Positions 17,481 to 28,800 of a stretch of DNA of 64,000 bases are shown here, one piece after another. Both the position numbers and the translations under genes were made by a program. The stretch lies in the NCBI GenBank assembly GCA_964515545.1, contig CAZERI010000003.1:88246-152245 (forward strand). The letters run 5' to 3'. A model generated the notes under the pieces. The model saw only the letters and a program-made list of their open reading frames with translations, searched no databases and had not been told where the DNA came from. The stretch's first letter is position 1. The number at the start of each line of letters is the position of its first letter. Origin of the DNA: an uncultured Gammaproteobacteria bacterium (GTDB lineage Bacteria; Patescibacteriota; Microgenomatia; Levybacterales; UBA12049).

Positions 17481-18899
17481 TTATACGATCCTAGGGAAAA
17501 GAGGGGTTGAGCTTTTTATTTCACCGGAATACTGCTCTAAGATTTTTTCGGCCGTACTAGGGAGAAAAGGCTGGAGATTATGGGCAATCGTTACAATCCT
17601 CTGACAAAGGTCGGAGAGAACTTTTTTCGCCTCAACTTCTCCTAGTTCCCAAGGTTTGGTACGATTGATTTCCTGGTCAGCCTCGCTAATTAAATTCCAG
17701 ACGATACTGAGTGCCTCATTAAATTTAAATTGATCAACTGCATGTCTGACCTTCTCATCAAGGTCAAAAATTTCGTCAGTTGGAGTTAGGTTATATTTCT
17801 CCGCAAGCTTAGCAACACGTGAGACTAAGTTCCCTAATCCATTAGCAAGATCTGAGTTATAGACCTCTTTTAGCTTTTCTTCAGAAAAATCTCCATCCTG
17901 GAAAGGAGAGATTTTAGCCAGACAGAAATAACGGAGAGCATCAGTCCCATATTTTTCAATGATGTCAGATGGGTTAACAACGTTGCCAATTGTTTTTGAC
18001 ATTTTTTGTCCATTTACCGTAAAGTACTCATGAACAAAAAGCTTTTTAGGTAATTTCAATCCTGCTGAAAGGAGAATTGCTGGCCAATAGACAGCATGAA
18101 ATCGAATAATACCCTTGCCTATGACGTGAACATCTGCTGGCCACCATTTTCTATACATCTCTTCATCAGTGGCAAATCCAATACCTGACTGGTAAATATT
18201 AAGCGCATCAAACCAAACATAGATTCTTTGGGTGGGGTCGTTGGGAACAGGTACTCCCCAATTCTTAGCTCGATCATTACTACGGGAAATACTAAAGTCC
18301 TGAAGGCCTGATTTAATAAAGGAGATTATCTCATTTTTTCTGAATTCTGGAACAATTTCGTACTCATCTGATTCGATTAAGGTGAGTAGTTGTTCTTGAT
18401 AACGAGAAAGTTTGAAAAAATAATTTTCTTCCTCAATTTCCTCGAGCTTTTTACCAGGGTGCTCGGGACATTCTCCATTTTCATTCAAATCACTCGGAGA
18501 CTTGAATTCTTCACAGCCTACACAATAAAGTCCCTGGTATGCTTTTTTGTAAATATCGCCGTTTTTTTGACATAATTCCCAGAGTTTTTGACTAGCTATT
18601 TTATGGTTCTCACTACTTCCCTTTTGAAAGATATCAAATTGTACATTAAGCTGCTGTGCTAGCTCTTGAAAGTAAGCAGCGTTCTCGTCAATAAATTCTT
18701 GAATAGGTCTATTTGTTTTTTCGGCTGCCTGAACATTTTTTATAGCATTTTCATCTGATCCACAGAGGAATAATACATCTTTACCGATAAGTTTTTGATA
18801 TCGGGCAATAGTATCTGCTTGTAAAAATTCCAAAGCATGGCCAATATGAGGACGAGCATTAACATAGGGGATAGCACTGGTAATATAAAACTTATTCAT
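17481..18899 (-). CDS. metG: methionine--tRNA ligase (short form)
   Basis: ITSAIPYVNARPHIGHA (HIGH), KMSKTIGN (KMSKS), Zn knuckle CVGCEEF...CPEHPG. Confidence 0.9.
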   Translation of the reverse strand: MNKFYITSAIPYVNARPHIGHALEFLQADTIARYQKLIGKDVLFLCGSDENAIKNVQAAEKTNRPIQEFIDENAAYFQELAQQLNVQFDIFQKGSSENHKIASQKLWELCQKNGDIYKKAYQGLYCVGCEEFKSPSDLNENGECPEHPGKKLEEIEEENYFFKLSRYQEQLLTLIESDEYEIVPEFRKNEIISFIKSGLQDFSISRSNDRAKNWGVPVPNDPTQRIYVWFDALNIYQSGIGFATDEEMYRKWWPADVHVIGKGIIRFHAVYWPAILLSAGLKLPKKLFVHEYFTVNGQKMSKTIGNVVNPSDIIEKYGTDALRYFCLAKISPFQDGDFSEEKLKEVYNSDLANGLGNLVSRVAKLAEKYNLTPTDEIFDLDEKVRHAVDQFKFNEALSIVWNLISEADQEINRTKPWELGEVEAKKVLSDLCQRIVTIAHNLQPFLPSTAEKILEQYSGEIKSSTPLFPRIV

Positions 18900-18958
18900 A
18901 GTATACGGATTGTAGCAGAGGGATTAGCCTCAATCAACTTATCTGCGGAGAATATAGC

Positions 18959-19300
18959 TCAATGAGGTTGTCTGTTGCTAAAGAATAGCTCAAGAGTTAG
19001 AAAAATCCCTAGCAAAATAACTAGAAAGATTGGATGAGTTAAGCCATTCAGTCTGAAAATCAGATAGAGAAGGATAAAAAGCCCTAGCAGAATGCCGTGT
19101 TTTGAAGACTTTAGGAAGAAAGTAGGAAGCGAAAAGAAAAAAAGGAGTAAAGGTACTAAGAAAATAACGACAGGAGAAAGCGATAGAAATCCAATATGTA
19201 TATCCTGAGAAGGAGGTAGAAAAAAAATGATAAAGAGCAGTGTTATAAGAGAGAAAATCGTTATAAGAAGATAAACAATAGGTCTTTTTTTATGTCGCAT
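18959..19300 (-). CDS. hypothetical small integral membrane protein
   Basis: 113 aa, 3-4 hydrophobic helices, no recognisable motif. Confidence 0.35.
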   Translation of the reverse strand: MRHKKRPIVYLLITIFSLITLLFIIFFLPPSQDIHIGFLSLSPVVIFLVPLLLFFFSLPTFFLKSSKHGILLGLFILLYLIFRLNGLTHPIFLVILLGIFLTLELFFSNRQPH

Positions 19301-19353
19301 GCTCTAAGCATAGATACTTTATCTATTTCTTACAACATTCGTAAATAACGGGG

Positions 19354-19382
19354 TTGACAAAAAATAGCACTCTTGTTATGAT
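19354..19382 (+). promoter_or_regulatory. sigma70 consensus promoter of the hrcA-grpE-dnaK operon (TTGACA-N17-TATGAT)
   Basis: TTGACA 19354-19359, exact 17-nt spacer, TATGAT 19377-19382. Confidence 0.6.
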
Positions 19383-19390
19383 AGTGCTAA
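19365..19390 (+). promoter_or_regulatory. CIRCE operator (HrcA binding site) overlapping the -10 element
   Basis: TAGCACTC-N9-TAGTGCTAA matches the CIRCE consensus TTAGCACTC-N9-GAGTGCTAA; sits directly upstream of hrcA. Confidence 0.6.
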
Positions 19391-19407
19391 TCCTGCCAAA
19401 GGAGCAT

Positions 19408-20142
19408 ATGCATAATTTAACGCAGAGGCAGATTGAAATCCTTAAAGCAATTATTGAGGAGTACATTAACACTGCTGATCCTGTAGGCTCAGAGACGCTC
19501 GAGAAGAAGTATAATCTCAGTGCCTCACCTGCCACAATTCGTAATGAGATGGTTCGTCTTTCTGATTTTGGGTATTTGAAAAAACCTCATTCTTCTGCGG
19601 GTCGTGTTCCAACGCCCCAGGGAATGAAGTTCTATGTTACTCAGCTTATGAAAGAGAAAGAACTCTCAACTGTTGAGGAAGTTGCGCTCAAAGAGCGCGT
19701 CTGGGACTATCGAGAGAAAATGCAGCGCTTTCTTAAAGAAGCGACTCGCTCTTTAGCTAATAAAACAGGCGCATTAGCAATCGCAACTACCAATGAAGGA
19801 GAAGTCTTTATTTCAGGATATTCCAATATCTTAGAAATGCCTGAGTTTTACGATATTGATATTACAAAAACACTTCTTTCTACGCTGGATGAAGACGAAT
19901 ATTTTTTTGAACTTTGTCGGAGGATGAGTGCTGATGAGGAAGAAATTCATGTTTTGATGGGTGAAGAATTGGGTCATAGACTAGGTGGGCCATATAGTTT
20001 TGTTTATACTCATTATGAGACACCTATGCACGGGTCTGGAGATATTGGAGTTATCGGGCCGGTACGGCTTAACTATACATTAGTTGTACCTACTGTTAGA
20101 TACTTTGGAGATTTGATTGAATCGATTGCAAAAGGCTGGTAA
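19408..20142 (+). CDS. hrcA: heat-inducible transcription repressor HrcA
   Basis: LTQRQIEILKAIIEEYINTADPVGSETL... winged-helix N-terminus typical of HrcA; start moved to ATG 19408, which has an AAAGGAG RBS, instead of the track start at 19354. Confidence 0.85.
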   Translation: MHNLTQRQIEILKAIIEEYINTADPVGSETLEKKYNLSASPATIRNEMVRLSDFGYLKKPHSSAGRVPTPQGMKFYVTQLMKEKELSTVEEVALKERVWDYREKMQRFLKEATRSLANKTGALAIATTNEGEVFISGYSNILEMPEFYDIDITKTLLSTLDEDEYFFELCRRMSADEEEIHVLMGEELGHRLGGPYSFVYTHYETPMHGSGDIGVIGPVRLNYTLVVPTVRYFGDLIESIAKGW

Positions 20143-20151
20143 TAAATAGCT

Positions 20152-20628
20152 ATGAATAGGAAACAAGTTATAGATGAAGATATTGTTGAAGATCAAGGCG
20201 AAGTTGAAGAGGCAGATGATGAGGCAAAGATTTGGGAAAGTAAATATTACAGAGCTTTAGCTGATTATCAAAATCTTGAAAAAAGAGTACGAGATGAGAG
20301 AGGGGAAATCATCAGAGTGAGTAATCGCGAATTGCTCTTGAGATTTTTACCTATTTTAGATACATTAGAGCTTGCCCAGAAACACGAAGAGAGTAGTACA
20401 TTAAAAGTTGTCAGTGATCAATTCTTAGCTACACTCAAAGCAGATGGGGTAACTAGGATTAAAACGTTAGGTGAGAAATATGATCCAATGACAATGGAAG
20501 TTGTTACAACTGGTAAGGGAAAAGAAGGAGTTGTTATACAAGAAGTACGCACTGGCTACTTGTTGCATGACAAACTCTTGAGACCGGCACAGGTAATAGT
20601 TGGTGACGGATTGAAGGAAAAAGAATAG
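20152..20628 (+). CDS. grpE: nucleotide exchange factor GrpE
   Basis: YYRALADYQNLEKRVRDERGEIIRVSNRELLLRFLPILDTLELA is the classic GrpE core. Confidence 0.85.
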   Translation: MNRKQVIDEDIVEDQGEVEEADDEAKIWESKYYRALADYQNLEKRVRDERGEIIRVSNRELLLRFLPILDTLELAQKHEESSTLKVVSDQFLATLKADGVTRIKTLGEKYDPMTMEVVTTGKGKEGVVIQEVRTGYLLHDKLLRPAQVIVGDGLKEKE

Positions 20629-20650
20629 CGCGTAGAGAAAGATATTAGAT

Positions 20651-22558
20651 ATGGCAAAAATAATAGGAATTGATTTAGGTACAACAAATTCATGTGTTGC
20701 TGTAATGGAAGGTGGATCACCCAAAGTGATTCACTCAGCTGAGGGGCGCAATGTTATCCCTTCTGTTGTTGATCCAAAGACTCATGTTGTTGGCGATGTA
20801 GCCAAGCGTCAGCTAGTTCTCAAACCAAAAGAAACAGTCTTTTCAGTAAAGCGTCTTATGGGTAAAAAGTTTCATGACGAATCTGTTCAACGCGACATGA
20901 AATGGCTTCCCTATACCGTTAAAGCTGGACGAGATGATATGGCTGTTGTTGAGGTTGATGGTAAGACTTATACTCCTCAAGAGATCTCAGCGATGATTCT
21001 CCAGAAAATTAAAGCTGATGCTGAGGCATATCTAGGTGACAAAGTAACAGAAGCAGTTATTACCGTTCCTGCATACTTTGATGATAGTCAGCGTCAAGCG
21101 ACAAAACAAGCTGGCGAAATTGCCGGACTGGATGTTAAACGTATTATCAATGAGCCCACAGCTGCAGCACTTGCTTATGGACTCGATAAGAAAAATGCCC
21201 ACACAATTGCAGTCTATGATCTAGGCGGTGGAACTTTCGATATCTCAATTTTGGAACTAGGTGAAGGTGTTTATGAAGTAAAGTCTACCAATGGAGACAC
21301 ACATCTTGGCGGAGATGACTTTGATCAGGTCATTATTGAGTACCTCGCTGATGAATTTAAGAAAGAAAATAATGTTGATCTACGTAAGGATCCACAAGCC
21401 CTCCAGCGTCTGAAAGAGTCAGCTGAAAAGGCTAAAATCGAACTCTCATCTTCTCAAGAGGCACACATCAATCAGCCATTCATTACGCAAGGAGCGAATG
21501 GTCCACTCCACCTCACAATGACGCTAACTCGGGCAAAATTAGAGCAGTTAGTAGATAGCCTTGTCCAAAAGACATTAAAACCAGTTGAGTTAGCTATTAA
21601 GGATGCAGGTATTAAAGCTCAAGATGTTGACGAAGTAGTACTTGTTGGCGGTATGACTCGCATGCCAAAGATTGTAGAGACAGTCTCTAAGTTCTTTGGA
21701 AAAGAGCCAAATAAATCAGTCAATCCTGATGAAGTAGTTGCTGTTGGTGCAGCTGTCCAAGGCGGAGTTCTCTCAGGCGATGTAAAAGACGTATTATTAC
21801 TTGATGTTACTCCTCTGACTCTTGGTATTGAGACGATGGGTGGAGTTTCAACTCCCCTAATTAACCGTAATACAACAATTCCTACTTCAAAGTCACAAGT
21901 GTTCTCTACAGCTGCAGATAACCAAACACAAGTGGAGATTAACGTTCTTCAAGGGGAGAGGCCAATGGCTGGAGATAATAAGTCCTTAGGAAGATTTGTC
22001 TTAGATGGTATTCCCCCCGCTCCTCGAGGGATGCCTCAAATCGAAGTAACGTTTGATATTGATGCAAGTGGTCTTCTTAATGTTAAAGCTAAAGATAAAG
22101 CCAGTGGTAAAGAGCAGAGTATTAAAATTACGGGAAGTACTGGACTCTCTAAGGAGGAAGTTGAAAAAATGACTAGAGAGGCAGAAGAGCATGCAAAAGA
22201 AGATGAAGAGAAAAAAGCCCAAGTTGAAGCACGTAATCAAGCTGACTCGCTTATCTTTACTGCAGAGAAATCTCTTAAGGATGCTGGAGATAAGGTAACA
22301 GGTGAAGTGAAAACAGAAGTTGAAGAAAAGATCAAAGCTTTGAAAGATGTCTTAGACTCAGGATCTAAAGAAGAAATTGAGAGCAAGACAAAAGAATTAT
22401 CAGATACATTAATGAAAATTGGCGAGGCGATGAATGCCTCTGCCAGCTCAGAGCAGGGTTCCCAAAATACAGCTTCTGATTCAAATGCTGATTCAGGAGG
22501 AGACAAAAAAGACTCGAATGAACCTGTTGAAGGGGAAGTAGTCGATGAGGGAAAGTAA
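20651..22558 (+). CDS. dnaK: molecular chaperone DnaK (Hsp70)
   Basis: [31 protein letters not shown] and the other Hsp70 signatures; 635 aa. Confidence 0.95.
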   Translation: MAKIIGIDLGTTNSCVAVMEGGSPKVIHSAEGRNVIPSVVDPKTHVVGDVAKRQLVLKPKETVFSVKRLMGKKFHDESVQRDMKWLPYTVKAGRDDMAVVEVDGKTYTPQEISAMILQKIKADAEAYLGDKVTEAVITVPAYFDDSQRQATKQAGEIAGLDVKRIINEPTAAALAYGLDKKNAHTIAVYDLGGGTFDISILELGEGVYEVKSTNGDTHLGGDDFDQVIIEYLADEFKKENNVDLRKDPQALQRLKESAEKAKIELSSSQEAHINQPFITQGANGPLHLTMTLTRAKLEQLVDSLVQKTLKPVELAIKDAGIKAQDVDEVVLVGGMTRMPKIVETVSKFFGKEPNKSVNPDEVVAVGAAVQGGVLSGDVKDVLLLDVTPLTLGIETMGGVSTPLINRNTTIPTSKSQVFSTAADNQTQVEINVLQGERPMAGDNKSLGRFVLDGIPPAPRGMPQIEVTFDIDASGLLNVKAKDKASGKEQSIKITGSTGLSKEEVEKMTREAEEHAKEDEEKKAQVEARNQADSLIFTAEKSLKDAGDKVTGEVKTEVEEKIKALKDVLDSGSKEEIESKTKELSDTLMKIGEAMNASASSEQGSQNTASDSNADSGGDKKDSNEPVEGEVVDEGK

Positions 22559-23054
22559 TTCAGAAAATTATAGTAATCTTCCGCTTCCTCTTGATGGAGC
22601 CACACCTAAAGCTACGCCAGCTCCTAAAACTCAATCCGTTTTACCAGCTTCAGAGAAAAGACTCCCTAGATTATCGCAAAAAATTAGCAGAACTCCTATC
22701 ATTCCTGGAGGTCTTTCACCTCAGGATACTTATAGATTAGACAATTTGGAGACTGAACTAACACGATATGATAATCTTGGTTCTGTCCCAACAGCCCCAA
22801 TTGCTGAAGAGATTGCTCAGTTATCTGCAAAGCAGACAGGTTATTCTTTAACAGAGCGGAAATTTTCTCCAGGAAGCGTTATGATGAATCTCGACCCCAT
22901 TGAGATAACAGAGGATGGACATCCTGTCTATCCATGGATTTCAGGCGAAAAAGGGAGAGAATTAAGAGAAGCAGGAGTATTAATGAAACAACCGGATTGG
23001 CATAAAAGAATGGCAAAACACAATAAACGGATCAGGACCAAAAATGCGCTTTAA
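22545..23054 (+). CDS. hypothetical protein
   Basis: 169-aa ORF overlapping the dnaK stop by 14 nt; Pro/Thr-rich N-terminus; no recognisable domain. Confidence 0.35.
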   Translation: MRESNSENYSNLPLPLDGATPKATPAPKTQSVLPASEKRLPRLSQKISRTPIIPGGLSPQDTYRLDNLETELTRYDNLGSVPTAPIAEEIAQLSAKQTGYSLTERKFSPGSVMMNLDPIEITEDGHPVYPWISGEKGRELREAGVLMKQPDWHKRMAKHNKRIRTKNAL

Positions 23055-23082
23055 GTCATAAATAATAAGCATCATAGAAATT

Positions 23083-23108
23083 AAACCTCGACGAGTCGAG
23101 GTTTTTTT
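23083..23108 (+). terminator. rho-independent terminator (AACCTCGAC/GTCGAGGTT stem + T7)
   Basis: aacctcgac-ga-gtcgaggtt followed by ttttttt, 30 nt after the stop of the preceding ORF. Confidence 0.6.
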
Positions 23109-23964
23109 GTACACTGTATCTATGATTGAAAAAGGAGTATTTGGCAAAAGGCTTGATACCTATTCATATGGCGACTTACATGTTCATACCAATTACAGTG
23201 ATTCTGCTCTTGCGTGTGATGGGACTGTTGCTCCTGAAAGACTAGTTGATCTTGCTGAAGAGAATGGGCATAGCTTTATAGGAATTACTGATCATGATAC
23301 GATTGCTTCAAGTGTACGGGGTAAGGAATATGCATTAAAGCAGGGGTATAATGTAGAAGTAATAGTTGGTGCTGAGGTATCAACTACAGAAGGTCATATT
23401 CTAGCTCTTAATTTACAGGAGAATGTTCCGTTTTGGTCTGGTTCAGCGGACACAGTCAGGACAATTCATAGGCAAGGAGGACTTGCAATTCCTGCTCATC
23501 CCTTCTATTCACTTACATCATCTATCGGAGAAAAAGGACTTACTCGTGTTGCACGTGATGAAGATCCTGAGGTCTATTGGGATGGTATAGAAGTTTTTAA
23601 TGCTGGGGCTAATGATTTTCGTTTTTATGAATGGGTAAGACATCAGACAGATGGGAATAGGGCTGCAAGAAGATTTTATAAGAATCATGAATCTGAGGGC
23701 TTATATGGTGCAGCAGTAGGAGGATCAGATACCCATACCTCAAGAGTAGGAAGGGCAGTTACTATTATTCCACCGGAAATGGATATTTATACTGCTATAA
23801 AGACGAATAAGACCGGAGTAATTATTACAAACATGAAAGAGGACTACTCACCTAAAGTCATCTTTGAAATTGATAGGAAAAGTAAGGCTCTAGAGAGATC
23901 AAGATATCAGATCTCACCAGAACAGAGATATTTTCCTAACCCATGGCCTCAGCTGGCAGTTTGA
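23107..23964 (+). CDS. PHP-domain (polymerase/histidinol-phosphatase-like) metal-dependent phosphoesterase
   Basis: YGDLHVHTNYSD ... GITDHDT ... PAHPF motifs of the PHP family; true start may be the internal MIEKG. Confidence 0.65.
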   Translation: MYTVSMIEKGVFGKRLDTYSYGDLHVHTNYSDSALACDGTVAPERLVDLAEENGHSFIGITDHDTIASSVRGKEYALKQGYNVEVIVGAEVSTTEGHILALNLQENVPFWSGSADTVRTIHRQGGLAIPAHPFYSLTSSIGEKGLTRVARDEDPEVYWDGIEVFNAGANDFRFYEWVRHQTDGNRAARRFYKNHESEGLYGAAVGGSDTHTSRVGRAVTIIPPEMDIYTAIKTNKTGVIITNMKEDYSPKVIFEIDRKSKALERSRYQISPEQRYFPNPWPQLAV

Positions 23965-23984
23965 GATGTTAATTGCTATAATAA

Positions 23985-24869
23985 GTGACTATGGCTAGTC
24001 AGGATTATTACCATACATTGGGGGTTTCTAAATCTGCAACAGCGGAAGAAATAAAAAAATCATACCGTAAATTAGCTCTCCAGTATCATCCCGATCGTAA
24101 CAAAACTAAAGAGGGAGAAGAAAAGTTCAAGGAAATAACCCAAGCCTATGAAGTTCTTTCAGATCCTCAAAAGCGACAAACGTATGACCAGTATGGAGCT
24201 GCAGCTTTTGAGCAGGGAGCTGGAGGAAGCGGTCCATTTGGGGGAGGGTATGGCGGATTTAATCAGCAAGGTCCGTTTAGCTACTCCTATTCAACTAATG
24301 GACAAGGTTTTGATTTCGGAGGTTTTTCAGATCCTTTTGAGATTTTTGAACAATTTTTTGGTGGAGCATCTCCATTTGGAGGACGTTCCCGCCGGCCAGC
24401 ATATTCACTTTCCCTAACTTTTATGGAGGCTATCAAGGGAACTGAAAAAGAGGTAATGATTGATGGAAAAAAACAAAAGATTAAAGTTCCTGCTGGAGTT
24501 GATACGGGGACAAGGATGCGTTTTGATACTTATGATGTGATTTTTGATGTTGCGTCTGATAAGAGGTTCCAAAGAGAAGGTTCTGATGTTATAACTGAGG
24601 AAGAAATCACTTTCCCTCAAGCAGTAATTGGTGGCGATCTTAAAGTGGATACCGTGGAAGGTCCTGTGACTATTAAAATTCCAGCTGGTACACAGCCTGA
24701 GACGCTTATTAGGCTGCGGGGTAAAGGAATTCAGCGCTTACGAAGTTCTGGGAAAGGTGATCATTACGTAAAGATCAAAGTACATATTCCCAAAACAATT
24801 ACTCGCAAGCAAAAAGAAATTCTTGAACAATTTGATACCGAAAGCTCCTCAAAAAAAAAGTGGTTTTAG
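23985..24869 (+). CDS. dnaJ: DnaJ-class co-chaperone (J-domain, G/F-rich region, C-terminal substrate-binding domains; no Zn-finger)
   Basis: [34 protein letters not shown] (HPD J-domain), G/F-rich stretch, CbpA/DnaJ-type C-terminus; the CxxCxGxG repeats are absent. Confidence 0.8.
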   Translation: MTMASQDYYHTLGVSKSATAEEIKKSYRKLALQYHPDRNKTKEGEEKFKEITQAYEVLSDPQKRQTYDQYGAAAFEQGAGGSGPFGGGYGGFNQQGPFSYSYSTNGQGFDFGGFSDPFEIFEQFFGGASPFGGRSRRPAYSLSLTFMEAIKGTEKEVMIDGKKQKIKVPAGVDTGTRMRFDTYDVIFDVASDKRFQREGSDVITEEEITFPQAVIGGDLKVDTVEGPVTIKIPAGTQPETLIRLRGKGIQRLRSSGKGDHYVKIKVHIPKTITRKQKEILEQFDTESSSKKKWF

Positions 24870-25309
24870 CTACTTTTACCAAGCTTCCTTTTGATCTCTT
24901 GAAGCTCAGCTTCAATTTGTTGGTCTCTCTTAGGAGTTTCAAGGACCCCAAATTTATTTACGATACCCTCCATTTTCCCTAGAGCATTTTGTCTCCGCTT
25001 CTCATCTCTTTGAACTGCAGCATCACGTTCTTCCTCTCTTTGCCTGTTTAACAGTGCCATCCTTTGAGCTTCAGCTTGGCGCGCTTGCTGTCCAATTAGA
25101 GTAGAATCATCAGCTGGTTTGTTCCCCACATCTCCAATTTTTTTTACTGCATTATCGAGTGCAGCGTTGGATTTTGCTTCAGACCTTTCAGTAGCCTCCT
25201 CGGCCCTCCTCAGCACATCATCGACTGAGTCTCGGCCAAAGACTCCTCTTCTCCATCTTTGAAAAATTCCGCCTGGTTTCTGTGAGCCATCTACTCCTGA
25301 TTCTGGCAT
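24866..25309 (-). CDS. hypothetical basic coiled-coil protein
   Basis: 147 aa, R/E/Q-rich, predicted helical; stop codon overlaps the dnaJ stop convergently. Confidence 0.35.
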   Translation of the reverse strand: MPESGVDGSQKPGGIFQRWRRGVFGRDSVDDVLRRAEEATERSEAKSNAALDNAVKKIGDVGNKPADDSTLIGQQARQAEAQRMALLNRQREEERDAAVQRDEKRRQNALGKMEGIVNKFGVLETPKRDQQIEAELQEIKRKLGKSS

Positions 25310-25439
25310 AGCTTTATTATTACAAACTAAAAGTAGTTGTCAACATCCTTCTAGGTAGAGCTGCTTTCCTATTTGTTTTTTCCTTTATTACTCCATATAC
25401 TTTTATTAGTAGTAAAGCCGTTAGACGGTTTTTCCTGCT

Positions 25440-25844
25440 ATGAAAAAAATGCCTGCCCGCATTTATACACTGCTTAGATTCTTTTTTGCTGTTCTATTTA
25501 TAACGTATATTTTTACGGTTAGTTCTCCATTTGTCTATGCTGCCTCATCGCCTTGTCCGCCTGATCAGGCTATAACTGAGGTTGGTTGTCTGCCGACAGA
25601 TCCTATTGCGTTTGTTTCCAGTTTTTATGGGATTGGCTTGGGTCTTATTGGGGGAGTTGCTTTGATTTTTATCATAATTGGAGCCTACGTCATCCTTACC
25701 TCCCGAGGTAATCCAACTCAAGTAAATGTTGGGAAAAGTTATATTTTCTATGCGATTTTAGGGTTACTCCTTGCGATATTTGGATACATCTTTATCGAGG
25801 TCGTTCTCGTTGATATTTTGCATATACCTGGATTTAGCCACTAA
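25440..25844 (+). CDS. secreted two-TM small protein with TrbC/VirB2-pilin-like topology (tentative)
   Basis: Sec signal peptide (...SPFVYA|ASSP), Cys pair (PCPPDQ...GCLP), then two hydrophobic helices separated by a short polar loop (TSRGNPTQVNVGKS). Confidence 0.4.
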   Translation: MKKMPARIYTLLRFFFAVLFITYIFTVSSPFVYAASSPCPPDQAITEVGCLPTDPIAFVSSFYGIGLGLIGGVALIFIIIGAYVILTSRGNPTQVNVGKSYIFYAILGLLLAIFGYIFIEVVLVDILHIPGFSH

Positions 25845-25850
25845 TTTATA

Positions 25851-28800
25851 ATGAAAAAAAATGTATTATCACTATTTTCGATCCTTACTCTTTTACTTAT
25901 CTTTTTTTCTCCTAATGTTCATGCACAGGTAACTCCTACTCCAACCCCTGCTTCCATTCCTGTCACTCTTGGCACTCAGCCATTACCAGCAGAAGGAGCG
26001 TGGATTATAGATCCAGAAGTAACAACAGTGGGTAAAAATGCTTCACGTTCAGGCATGCTTTTAGACTGGACGCTAAGAGACTATAAGTGGTCCTCAGATA
26101 CGAGTTATACGAATAATCCGCTTACTCCATTTTGGCTGATCATCCAAAGAATCGTATATTCTCTTTTCCTTTTTGTCCTTCTCGTTACGGCATTTATTCT
26201 TATCGTAACACGAGGAAAGAGTCTATCAGCGAAAAGATTTCTGCCCAGATTTCTTTTGGTAGTTCTTCTAGTTACTTTCTCTTTTTCATTAGTGCAGTTT
26301 CTTTATCAGATTGTAGATATTTTCCAGGGATTTTTTCTTAAGAATCCTAAAGGGGAGATTATCTCTTCTCATGATCTTCTCTTCATTGGTTTTGATTACC
26401 GTACTTTCCAAGGATTAAGAGTCTTTGGAGAATCATACAATGAGTCTGCCTTTATTTCACTCCTTCTCGTAAAGTTAACTTCATTCACTTACTATGTCAT
26501 GGCTATACTTCTGATTTTCAGAAAAATTATTTTATGGTTCTTAATAATTATTTCTCCTGTGTTTCCGTTATTATTGCTGTTCTACCCGTTGAGGAATACG
26601 GCAAAAATTTGGATTGGGGAATTTTTCCGTTGGCTCTTGTATGCACCTCTCTTTGCTATTTTACTTTCTGGACTAGTGAGATTATGGAGTACAGGATTGC
26701 CTCTTTTCTTTAGCTCTGTCGGAGTAGGGAAAGAGAGTAGTTCAATTTATCCAACTGCCGTCAATATCCTTTTAGGTGGGCCAGGCCAGCATATAGGAAT
26801 CAATAATAGCGTTAATCTTCCGGATACGTTTGCTCTTTATTTGGTAGCTCTTCTTATGCTGTGGGCAGTTATTATTCTTCCTTTTATCCTTTTGCAGATA
26901 TTCTTGGATTATATGATGGCCTTTAATAACCGTGATAATCCATTTATGAAGCAAATTCTCACGATGCTTAATAACAGACCTATTATCCCTTCAGCCCCTT
27001 CCACACCGCCTCCTCCTGTGGGAGCTGGTTTAGCACGCAATTTACCTTTTGCAAAACGCTTCTCAATTCCTAAGACCACAGGGATTGCCCGTGAGGTTCC
27101 ACGAGGAGCTGCTCAGACTATAACTCGTCCTACATTCACCCAAAGAAATACTCAGACAGAGATATCACGTCTGACCAATCTCTCAATTCCTACTATGAGG
27201 GATATTGCGCGTCTTGAAACGACGAAACTTTCTCATGATGTGAGGACTCAGCAAGAGATAGAAAGAACGCGCCAAAACCTGATCAATATTGCAAATCCGG
27301 CTTCTGTAACATCTGTGACTGAGCGGGAGAGAGTAAAAATGATCCATGATCGCTTAGTAACTGAAGGACAAAAAGGCAGCCAGGTTGCAGCATCTATTTT
27401 AAATGCAGCAAATACGTATAATACATATTCTTCCTCAATTTCTTCATCCTCGCAGTCTTCAGTTGCACAAGTGACCCAGCAAATGATTGAAAATCTATCT
27501 CATCCGATGACAATTATCTCAAAAAGGGACCAACAGAAAATTATTGAGATCCGGCAGGAATTAATTAAAGCATCTGATGCGGGGAATCAATTTGCTAAAA
27601 ATATTCTTACCTCTGTCAATAACTATACAACCAATCAAGTTCAGAATCTTCAGAAGACTCTCAATCAGCTTGCTAGTCCAGAGAAGATAACTGACAATAA
27701 AGACAGAGAAGTATTTACTACACTTCGTGAAAAGATAACCTCTGCAAGCAAATCAGGTAATCCACTGGCTACTCTTCTTAGCAAGACTCTTGAGAGTAGT
27801 ACCTCAACAGAACAAGTCAAAAAGATTCAGCAGGAGTTGATCGAGGCTAAGGCGCAAGGTAATCCATTGGCTACAGAGCTTCTTAAGACAGTATCAGTTA
27901 CTGATAAGACCTCTGAAAAAGATATGGAGAAGTTATATGAGACTCTGAAGGAAGAAAGTAAATCAGGAAACCCACTAGCCACCCTTCTTCTTAAAACGAT
28001 CTCTTCACAGGAAAAATCACAAGCAGCTTCATTCTCGGCAACAGCAAAATTAAAGTCAGGTGTTCTCCCTCAAGTAAATCGGATTCAGCAGGTATCGTTG
28101 GATGACTATGAGGCTGTCAAGAAGATGTGGACAGATAATTATAAGAATTTGGAAGTGCCAAATAGTCAGCAGACACGAAAACAATGGATTGATCAGGATA
28201 TCTCAAGTATCCAAGAGGCTATTAGCCTCCTTTCCTCCCCCAATCCTCAGGATGTAGAGAAAGGCATGCAACAAGTCTCTGATATCTTGCCTTTCCTTTT
28301 AATTGGAGGCTTTTCTCAGACGGAGATCATTGCCTACTTGAAGGCTAAGATGGAGGCAGGAAAGAGTGTAGTAGAGAATGTTTCAGAAAAAGAAGAGGAG
28401 GAAGAAACACTACTTAATGCAGAACGTGCAGCAAAAGAGGCAACCGGTCACTTGGCAGCATCTATTGAGATAAAGAATGATGAAGTAAAAGGGAGTGCCC
28501 CATCGGTACCAATCCCAGCTGAAAAAGTCATCATTCAGTCTCAAGCCAATGCTCCAATACAGATCCAGACTAGTACATACTCCCCAGTACAGGAAGTGCA
28601 ACTAGATTCTCCTTCTTCAGTTGTCTCCCAGCTTCGTCTTCCTCTGCCAACACTCCGTGATATAGCAAGCTTTGAGACAAAGAAAGAAGGAAGAACTGTC
28701 CAGGATCTCAAAAAACTTTTTGTTCAATTATCACATCCAGAGGATATAGCTTCTCCATCTGAACAAAGAAATCTTTTAAAGATTAAGCAAACACTTCAGG

